A DNA stretch of 64,000 nt, from NCBI GenBank assembly GCA_018822435.1, contig JAHJKD010000049.1, positions 6,511-70,510 of the forward strand. Reading direction: 5' to 3'. Source of the stretch: Patescibacteria group bacterium (GTDB taxonomy: Bacteria > Patescibacteriota > Patescibacteriia > UBA9570 > JAHJKD01). Shown in pieces: positions 57,117-64,000 of the stretch (positions within the stretch are counted from its first letter, which is position 1; each line of letters begins with the position of its first letter). A program made the translations under genes and the position numbers. Under the pieces are notes generated by a model. The model searched no databases. It worked only from the letters and a program-made list of their open reading frames with translations, and was not told where the DNA came from.

Positions 57117-59696
57117 TTAAATTTTTACTTTATGGCGCACTATAAATATATATTTGACTATTTCCATTGCTACCAATTCCATTAGTGCTAATAAAATCAG
57201 ACCAGCCCATTCAACCGGTCCTAAAGGAACGGTCTTTAAGGCAACCTGCAAGAAGGGCATATAGACGGCCGCCACTATCAGGCCAATACCGATAAGGACA
57301 GCCCCGTTAAGCCACCAGTTTGAAAATGGATTTCTTTGCCAGATAGTATGGCGCATGGTGCGAAAAGAAAAGGCTATGAAAGCAGTGTCTATACCAAGGG
57401 CAACAAAGATTATGGTCTGGCAATATGGCAGGTCATTAGTCCATTTCCATAGAACATAGAATAATGCCAGTAATATTATATCCCGAAAAATTCCAACTCC
57501 GAAAATCATTATTTTCATTTCCTTATCTAAAATCGGCTCCTTTTTAGGACGAGGCTTGTCTTGCATGACTTCTGGTTCGCCTTTTTCAAAAGCCAGAGCT
57601 AGATTCGGGAAAGAGTCTTCTACTAAATTAATCCAAAGAATCTGAACAGCTACAACTGGCAAAGGCAGGCCAAGGAGAAGAGCACCAATAACAACAATGA
57701 CTTCGGTAAAACTGCCTGACATTAAAAAGAGAATGATCTTTTTTATATTGGCGTATATTATGCGACCGCCTTCAACCGCCGAATTTATAGTTTTAAAATT
57801 ATCATCAAGCAATATTACATCAGCGGTTTCCTTGGCTACATCCGTGCCCGAGCCAAGAGCAATGCCCACATCAGCCGACTTAATGGCGGGTGCGTCATTA
57901 ACGCCGTCGCCGGCCATAGCCACAACTTCACCGCGCGCCTGCCAGGCATCGATAATGCGAAGTTTGTGCCGGGGCGTTACCCGGGCATATATATCAACAT
58001 CGACTACTTTTTCTTTTAGCTCTTCATCAGTCAGTTCCTCTAGAACCTTGCCTTCCATAATATTTTCATCAGCCACAGGCATGCCTAGTTCGCGTCCGAT
58101 GGCCTGGGCAGTCAGTTTATGGTCGCCAGTAATTATTACTGGTTTAATGCCGGCTTTAATGGTCATTTCCAAAGTTGACTTAGCTTCTTCCCGAAGCGGA
58201 TCTTTCAAACCAATAAATCCGACAAATTCACAATCCTCTATTGCCTTATCAGTCAGTTTTATTTTGCAAGACAAACGCTTTTGGGCAATAGCCAAAACAC
58301 GCAAACCGTGCGAAGTCATTTCTTCAAATTGTTTTCTGTATTTTTCCCTGTCTTCGTCTGATAATTTGGCAAACCCGAGAACTTTTTCCGGGGCGCCTTT
58401 GATAGCCAGCAAACAGCCGCGCTTGGTCTCGTGCTGGGTGATCATATACTTACGGTCCTCATCAAATGGAATCTCGCCTATGCGCGGGCATTCGGAGTAA
58501 CATTGCTTTTGATTAATGCCGGCATGGACAGCCCCTAAAACTAAAGCAGTTTCAGTTGGGTCGCCAAGCATTTTCCATTTAGCCAGTTCATCGTTTGGAT
58601 TCTGAATAACAGCATTATTACAAAGCATGCCCAGCTTTAGGGCTGCTTCTTTATTTTTTGCGTTTACAACCGCCACTTCCATGCGGCCGACAGTCAGAGT
58701 ACCGGTCTTATCAGAACAAATTACAGAAACACTGCCTAAGGTTTCGGCCGCGATCAGTTTCTTGATCAGAGCATTTTGCTTGACCACTTTTTGCATGCCA
58801 ATAGTCAGGACCACGGTCATAGAGATAATCAAGCCCTCAGGAATGGCCGCCACAGCAATAGCCACCGCCATGAGAAACATCTCAAATAAGCCCTTTCCTT
58901 GGATCAGGCCAATAACGAAAATTAAAATAGAAAGTCCCGCTACAATAACCGCCAGCCAGGTTGAGAATTTTCCCAGCTTCACTTGAAGGGGGGTCTTATC
59001 TTCCTTTACCTCTTTTACCATGGAAGCGATCTCGCCCAAATTGGTATGGATGCCCGTACTAATAATTATGGCCCGGCCTTTGCCGCGGGTGACATTCGTA
59101 CCCATATGGACCATGTTCTTGCGGTCAGCCATGGGCGTACCCGGGTCAACCTTATCAACCTGCTTTTTAATGGGCATGGACTCGCCGGTCAGGGGGGCTT
59201 CATTTATTTCCAGACTATTGCATTCAAAAAGCCGAGCATCAGCCGGCACTTTGTCTCCTGCTTCTAATAAAATTATATCGCCAGGCACCAACTCTTCAGC
59301 CGGCACCTCTTGCTTGACGCCTTTCCTTTTTACAATAGCCTCAAAATGGACTAGTTTGCTCAATTGCTCTACGGCATTGTCAGCCTTTAGTTCCTGTAAA
59401 AAACCGACAATAGTGTTGATAATAACAGAAGCAAGAATAACTCCGGCATCAACCCATTCTTTGACAGCCAGAGATATGATCGCTGCTACCACTAGAATAT
59501 AGACTAAAGGGCTTTTAAATTGACTAAGAAGTATAATTAACCAAGAAGCCCGCTTTTCTTGGGGCAACTTGTTTTTGCCATATTGCTCCAACCTCTTTTT
59601 GACCTCTTCCGTAGAAAGGCCGTCTTTAGAAGAGTTGAAGTGTTCAATAACTTGTTCTTTGGGTATAGCAAAGAATTCTTTTTTATCTTCTGGCAT
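57117..59696 (-). CDS. P-type cation-transporting ATPase (P2A/Ca2+-like)
   Basis: LTGES, IPEGL, CSDKTGTLT, KGAPE, TGD, GDGVNDAP, QILWINL. Confidence 0.95.
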   Translation of the reverse strand: MPEDKKEFFAIPKEQVIEHFNSSKDGLSTEEVKKRLEQYGKNKLPQEKRASWLIILLSQFKSPLVYILVVAAIISLAVKEWVDAGVILASVIINTIVGFLQELKADNAVEQLSKLVHFEAIVKRKGVKQEVPAEELVPGDIILLEAGDKVPADARLFECNSLEINEAPLTGESMPIKKQVDKVDPGTPMADRKNMVHMGTNVTRGKGRAIIISTGIHTNLGEIASMVKEVKEDKTPLQVKLGKFSTWLAVIVAGLSILIFVIGLIQGKGLFEMFLMAVAIAVAAIPEGLIISMTVVLTIGMQKVVKQNALIKKLIAAETLGSVSVICSDKTGTLTVGRMEVAVVNAKNKEAALKLGMLCNNAVIQNPNDELAKWKMLGDPTETALVLGAVHAGINQKQCYSECPRIGEIPFDEDRKYMITQHETKRGCLLAIKGAPEKVLGFAKLSDEDREKYRKQFEEMTSHGLRVLAIAQKRLSCKIKLTDKAIEDCEFVGFIGLKDPLREEAKSTLEMTIKAGIKPVIITGDHKLTAQAIGRELGMPVADENIMEGKVLEELTDEELKEKVVDVDIYARVTPRHKLRIIDAWQARGEVVAMAGDGVNDAPAIKSADVGIALGSGTDVAKETADVILLDDNFKTINSAVEGGRIIYANIKKIILFLMSGSFTEVIVVIGALLLGLPLPVVAVQILWINLVEDSFPNLALAFEKGEPEVMQDKPRPKKEPILDKEMKIMIFGVGIFRDIILLALFYVLWKWTNDLPYCQTIIFVALGIDTAFIAFSFRTMRHTIWQRNPFSNWWLNGAVLIGIGLIVAAVYMPFLQVALKTVPLGPVEWAGLILLALMELVAMEIVKYIFIVRHKVKI

Positions 59697-59724
59697 ATTG
59701 TTTTAATTATACCACAAAATTGCC

Positions 59725-60066
59725 TTATACGCCAGCCGAATTAAGGGATAACTTGACGACTACGCCGATAAAGACCATGAAGAGGAAGATGAGGATTATT
59801 GTTACTAAGCATGGGATGCCAAAAGCTTGGCCCGGACCCATTTGTTCGCGGAATGATTTTTTCTCTTCTGGTTCATTCTCTGTCCTCGTCGGCCCTACTT
59901 CGCTCTCCTTCGCACCTTCGGTGCTTCGGAGGAGCTTCGAAGGGGCCTTACTCGGGCTATTGGCTTTTTCCAGAGACTGTTCAACTGTTTTATTTATTTC
60001 TTCTTTGGCAGGTTTAGACAACTTTTTTGGAGCTGGCTTTTTGGTTGTTGTTTTTTTTGCGGGCAT
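59725..60066 (-). CDS. Small protein with basic N-terminus and C-terminal TM segment
   Basis: 113-aa ORF; contains a palindromic insert at 59891-59947. Confidence 0.65.
   Translation of the reverse strand: MPAKKTTTKKPAPKKLSKPAKEEINKTVEQSLEKANSPSKAPSKLLRSTEGAKESEVGPTRTENEPEEKKSFREQMGPGQAFGIPCLVTIILIFLFMVFIGVVVKLSLNSAGV
59891..59947. repeat. Nested cttcg palindrome inside the CDS
   Basis: ggccctacttcgctctccttcgcaccttcggtgcttcggaggagcttcgaaggggcc; encodes APSKLLRSTEGAKESEVGP, compare dnaX APTKLPRSPKGEGMERSRA. Confidence 0.8.
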
Positions 60067-60073
60067 ATTGTAT

Positions 60074-60096
60074 TACCCCGAATAAATTCGGGGCTT
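60074..60096. repeat. taccccgaataaattcggggctt palindrome
   Basis: Identical to 25532-25554. Confidence 0.8.
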
Positions 60097-60102
60097 AAAT
60101 AA

Positions 60103-62304
60103 TTATTCAAGAAGCGCGGGTAAAGTTAGTGAGAAAGTAGAGCCTTTGCCTTTTCCGGGCGATTCTACGGCCACTTCGCCGTTCATGGATTCAACCACTT
60201 TCTTGACGATGTAAAGACCGAGGCCGGTGCCATTAGGATTTATATGCAGGGCGTCCTTGCCGCGGACAAAACGTTTAAAGACTTCTTCCTTTTGCTGTTC
60301 ATCCAAACCGATGCCCGTGTCTTTCACCCATATAGTTATTTTACCAGGTTCTGTGTTAAAGCCAACTGTGACCGTGCCTTTGGGGGTGTAATGAATGCCA
60401 TTGTCGACCATATTACCAATCAGCTCGTGCAGTTTGATCTTATCAGCCATAATTGGAGCAAGTTTCTTCTTTGGCTTATCCAGCTTTAATTTCAACTTCT
60501 TTTCATCAGCCATCCATTGCCTCTCTTTGATTACGTCTTCTACTTCAGGCAAGATATCATACGGCTCGATATTATACTGGATCTTGCCGCCTTCTAATTC
60601 TGTGGCAGATAGTAAGTCATGGACGATGTGCTCAAGATTGTTAGAGGCCATATAGGCTTGGGCAATAAAATTCTCTCTGTCTTTCTTTGACATTGAGCTT
60701 CCTTCTTCATCAAGCATGGAGAGCATTCCCCTAACAACTGAAGTCGGGGTCCTTAACTGATGCGAGGCAACAGTCAAAAACTCTGACTTCATTTCCAGGA
60801 GTTCATTTAAGTGAACATTTTTTTCCTGGATCTCTTTGGTGGCTTCGTCAACTTTCTTTTCCAGATTTTTATTTAGGTCTTGGACTTCTTCGTAGAGTTG
60901 GGCGTTTTCCATGGCAACGGATGCTTGGTGCGTCATGGTTTCTAGTAAATCTAAATCTTCAACAGTGAAAGCGTCCTTTGAGGCTTTATTTCCAAGAATG
61001 ATAATCCCTATTAATTCCCCTTTTGCTAATAATGGCAAGCATATACTTATTCGTAAGTCCTTTAATTGTTTTTCCATCTTTTCCAGATTCGAAAGAACTG
61101 TAGTCTTATCATTATTTAAATCCTTTTCACGATGTAATTCGTTTACAACTAATATCCTTTTATATTTTTTTAAATACTTGGCAATGAAGTTTCCTTTTTT
61201 TAATTTATCAATTTCTGATTTATTAAAATTTTTATTTACCTGAACTCTATAAGTAAATCTATTTTTCCCTTCTTCCTTTGTCAGTAAAACACAAGCCGTC
61301 TCAATACCCATGGCGATACTAATGGAATCGATAATCAAAGAGAAAATTTTATCTATATCAATAATCGTAGTCAACTCTGTTGTTAAATTCTTCAAAGTTC
61401 GTTGATAGTTATAAAGACTTGTAAAAAAATATTTATTTGCGGTTTTAAAAAATAAATTCTTCAAAGGATCATAAGCAATAAGCGCCCCTATCATTAAAAT
61501 TATTCCTAATACCATCGCTGATATAGGAAAATTAAAATAACTATTCACATACATTAATAAACCTGCAACCACGACTATAACTATGATAGCTCCGAAATAT
61601 ACTAAGCCCTTTCTTATAACAATTCGGATGTCCATTAATCTATATCTAAATACTGTATAGGCCACACAACCTATAAAGAATAAAGACGAAGCGGGTCCGA
61701 ATATACTTGCTTGAGCAAAATCAAAAATAACTGAAAATAAATTTGTGATTATTGCGATAGTAAGGAATAAAACTATTCCTAAAAATAAATAGACGATCTG
61801 GAATCTGTAGATGCCTTCATATTCCTTATAACTTAAGTAAAAATTTCGAAGAGAAAAAAATAAATATATAATCAAATAAACTAATAAAACTTGATATAAA
61901 ATACCTGCCTCTGGATTTGATCCCCAGCTCTCAATTGTAACGCTTTCGATATTATATTTTGTAAAAACAAACGGTAATATAATTACCGGTGGGATTGCAA
62001 AAAGAACAGCTTTTAATTTACTAAACGATTCTTTTACTTTCGGAAATAAATATGAAAAAATTACTAAAAAATAAATAGCAAATATTGGACCAACGAGAGC
62101 CAGCCTTGTCCACCACAAAACGCTAAATTCATTTTTTCCACTATCTGCAAAAATTAAAGTAAAGACCCAAAATGCAAGTGATAAAATTACAAACGAAAAT
62201 ACTTTTGTGTCCGTTTTTCCCTTCTTTCTAATAAATAAAAAGAATAATACAAGAAGTATTAATAGAATTGGAATGTAGGTTAGATATACAAACATACTTG
62301 ACAA
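60103..62304 (-). CDS. Sensor histidine kinase (HisKA_7TM-like membrane domain, GAF, HisKA, HATPase)
   Basis: Multi-TM N-terminus with ..Y.L.DI, GAF (G.K.S...F..EDL.LL), SHQLRTP, DNGIHYT, DTGIG, GTGLGL. Confidence 0.92.
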   Translation of the reverse strand: MSSMFVYLTYIPILLILLVLFFLFIRKKGKTDTKVFSFVILSLAFWVFTLIFADSGKNEFSVLWWTRLALVGPIFAIYFLVIFSYLFPKVKESFSKLKAVLFAIPPVIILPFVFTKYNIESVTIESWGSNPEAGILYQVLLVYLIIYLFFSLRNFYLSYKEYEGIYRFQIVYLFLGIVLFLTIAIITNLFSVIFDFAQASIFGPASSLFFIGCVAYTVFRYRLMDIRIVIRKGLVYFGAIIVIVVVAGLLMYVNSYFNFPISAMVLGIILMIGALIAYDPLKNLFFKTANKYFFTSLYNYQRTLKNLTTELTTIIDIDKIFSLIIDSISIAMGIETACVLLTKEEGKNRFTYRVQVNKNFNKSEIDKLKKGNFIAKYLKKYKRILVVNELHREKDLNNDKTTVLSNLEKMEKQLKDLRISICLPLLAKGELIGIIILGNKASKDAFTVEDLDLLETMTHQASVAMENAQLYEEVQDLNKNLEKKVDEATKEIQEKNVHLNELLEMKSEFLTVASHQLRTPTSVVRGMLSMLDEEGSSMSKKDRENFIAQAYMASNNLEHIVHDLLSATELEGGKIQYNIEPYDILPEVEDVIKERQWMADEKKLKLKLDKPKKKLAPIMADKIKLHELIGNMVDNGIHYTPKGTVTVGFNTEPGKITIWVKDTGIGLDEQQKEEVFKRFVRGKDALHINPNGTGLGLYIVKKVVESMNGEVAVESPGKGKGSTFSLTLPALLE

Positions 62305-62400
62305 TTTCTTATAAATGTATTATAAAGGACGCGCTCAAAAGGCACAAGGACCTAAAATATAAAACATCAGGTAAAATAGCCTGAGAATGGGAGTTTGATC

Positions 62401-63000
62401 ATGTTCCGTAAGATATTGATTATGATAAAGTCCTTAGCAGCTTTGTTGGGCTTTAGTCGGAAAGGAAATGCCGATTACAGCCTTACCCTCGAAGACATTA
62501 TGCCGATGGCTTTGCGGGACGATCTGTTCGCAGATTACAATGTGGCCATGGGCAAGGAGCAGACCAAGTACCCGCACGATCAGATGAATTACGATCGTGA
62601 CGAGTTTGAGCAGGCCTGTGATGATCCTGAGATCATCAAGGCGGTCTTCAGGGTCAATGATGACGCCGCCGGATTCGCATTCCTGACCCGGCCCGTAGCG
62701 ACTAGCAAGGCGCCGTGGGTCTCGCCAACGTTCAACTGGAATGCGCAATCCGGTCTGTACTACATCACCATCCTGATGATGCGCAAGAACTACCGGGGTG
62801 CCGGCCATGTCATCGGATTCATGGAGCATCTCTACAAGGAACTGACCACGGCCTATCCGGGCCTTGTGGTCGGATTCGATGTTCCTACGAATGGGAAGGA
62901 ATGGCTGTACAAACTGATCTTCCGTCGAATTGGTAAACGGTTCGGAGTGAGGGTCACGCCTATCGGGAGCCAGAAGTATTTCCGGATGGAACAACTTTAA
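62401..63000 (+). CDS. GNAT-fold-like protein (possible acyltransferase)
   Basis: GFAFLT...PWVSP...YYI.......YRGAG (acyl-CoA motif A-like); GC-rich; TTGACA-N17-TATAAA at 62298-62326. Confidence 0.6.
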   Translation: MFRKILIMIKSLAALLGFSRKGNADYSLTLEDIMPMALRDDLFADYNVAMGKEQTKYPHDQMNYDRDEFEQACDDPEIIKAVFRVNDDAAGFAFLTRPVATSKAPWVSPTFNWNAQSGLYYITILMMRKNYRGAGHVIGFMEHLYKELTTAYPGLVVGFDVPTNGKEWLYKLIFRRIGKRFGVRVTPIGSQKYFRMEQL

Positions 63001-63013
63001 ATGGAGGAAACAA

Positions 63014-63056
63014 AAAGCCCGGCCTGCGACTAATTTAAGTCGTTGGCCGGGCAAAA
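63014..63056. terminator. Hairpin between convergent genes
   Basis: gcccggcc.gcgact...agtcg.tggccgggc. Confidence 0.6.
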
Positions 63057-63067
63057 CACACGAATTA

Positions 63068-63475
63068 CTATTTTCTATATATTACATTTATAATTTCGTC
63101 ATTTGCTTCAAAGAATTTTTTTGAGTACTCTACTACCTTTACTGGATCGTAAGGTGCACAGCTGAAAATATCCAGATATGCAGCATTGCTATTGTCTGCA
63201 AAATGGCCCGATACTAATGATGTTTCAATTAACTGCGTGACAGAATATCCTGTCACTTTTTCATTTTCCCCAAACTTTACCACTACTGGATCACCGTACC
63301 TTTTGGCTCCAATTACATCGCAAACTTCAATTAAATACTTCTCAAGGTATTCTTTTGATGTAATTTTTTCATGAGAGCAGCCATACAAATCAAGCGAGGT
63401 TAACAAACCCCACATATCTTCATTAGCAAAGGCTTTTTTTATGGATTCGAAATCCATGATTTTATTTTTTTCCAT
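63068..63475 (-). CDS. S-adenosylmethionine decarboxylase family (SpeD-like pyruvoyl enzyme)
   Basis: DLYGC, GYS..QLIETSLVSGHF, YLDIFSC; start set at MEKNK. Confidence 0.82.
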   Translation of the reverse strand: MEKNKIMDFESIKKAFANEDMWGLLTSLDLYGCSHEKITSKEYLEKYLIEVCDVIGAKRYGDPVVVKFGENEKVTGYSVTQLIETSLVSGHFADNSNAAYLDIFSCAPYDPVKVVEYSKKFFEANDEIINVIYRK

Positions 63476-63544
63476 ATTTCTTAAAAAAATTGCACTTTTT
63501 AGCGCCATCTTTATATCATTATTTTGAATTATTTGCAAATAAGT

Positions 63545-64000
63545 TTATATCTGAATTCCTTCTATTCCTTTACTATATAAAATCAAATTAAGAAGTATTG
63601 GTGAAACAATCGTTTTAAAATCTATAAGCGCATCAATGTCCTCTTTTGAATAGGCATCATTATTTTCTTTTGGTCCGATGAAAAAGAAGCCCATTATATG
63701 GTCTCTGTCCCCGATTGGTAAAACCACAGCTATTTTATTCTTTTTTAAATATTTTTGTACATCTTTTAAATAATCTTTTTCATGTTGGCTTTCGTCTTCA
63801 ATAAGGAATGGAATCTCTTGTGTGACCAAGACACTTGGATTGTGACTAATATAAATATGTAAATGATTAGTAGGCTCTATGGAAATGTTTTCTTCCCTGG
63901 AATATATATTTTCAAATTTTTTTGTATTGGAATCAGCAATAAGGAAATTAATTTCAGATGCAGATAAAAAACTTAAATAAGTGGAGACCATCTCTGAAAT
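63545..64000 (-). CDS. C-terminal GAF domain of a sensor protein (start beyond window)
   Basis: VVLPI......G.F.IGPK.N.DAYS.EDI..L, similar to the GAF of the 60103-62304 kinase; ends without a kinase domain. Confidence 0.7.
   Translation of the reverse strand: MSEMVSTYLSFLSASEINFLIADSNTKKFENIYSREENISIEPTNHLHIYISHNPSVLVTQEIPFLIEDESQHEKDYLKDVQKYLKKNKIAVVLPIGDRDHIMGFFFIGPKENNDAYSKEDIDALIDFKTIVSPILLNLILYSKGIEGIQI

Noticed and set aside
57697-59502. Long antisense ORFs opposite the P-type ATPase (likewise opposite dnaK, dnaX and the kinases)
   Set aside because: Shadow ORFs of well-conserved genes; Ser-rich, with no motifs or expression signals.
62434-63054. 206-aa minus-strand ORF
   Set aside because: Antisense shadow of the plus-strand GNAT-like gene, which has the promoter, SD and motif support.

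Overview
AT-rich bacterial chromosomal segment, about 85% of genes on the minus strand. Gene content and style suggest a Patescibacteria/CPR (Parcubacteria-like) genome; this is an inference from the VirB4/TraG-like ATPase, the GAD-less AspRS, many short-leader genes and sparse metabolism. Housekeeping genes: dnaX, cysS, aspS, asnS, gap, scpA/scpB, corA, a CIRCE-controlled hrcA-grpE-hsp20-dnaK-J-dnaJ operon, a P-type ATPase and three tRNAs (Pro-CGG, Gln-CTG, Glu-CTC). Signalling genes: an ECF sigma locus, two histidine kinases and three kinase-less sensors sharing a C-terminal 'MxGRExxI/MxE/DLK' tail. The most notable signals lie below the ORF-track size cutoff. (1) A 25-aa Asn-rich leader peptide (MTSIYRQNNNQNNNNHPRLAYLSCP) with terminator/antiterminator precedes an archaeal-type asparagine synthetase and asnS, an apparent asparagine-sensing ribosome-mediated attenuator. 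(2) A stand-alone 19-aa Cys-rich micropeptide gene has its own promoter and terminator. (3) A 43-aa 'DDDDHPPD' leader ORF is coupled to a GC-rich Ddl-like ATP-grasp + KamA operon, which lies downstream of a SAM-I riboswitch and an orphan ORF. Also present are nested palindromic repeats inserted in-frame in dnaX and grpE, an IR-flanked GxxExxY gene and an A9 slippage candidate in dnaX. All calls were made by eye; no database search was run.
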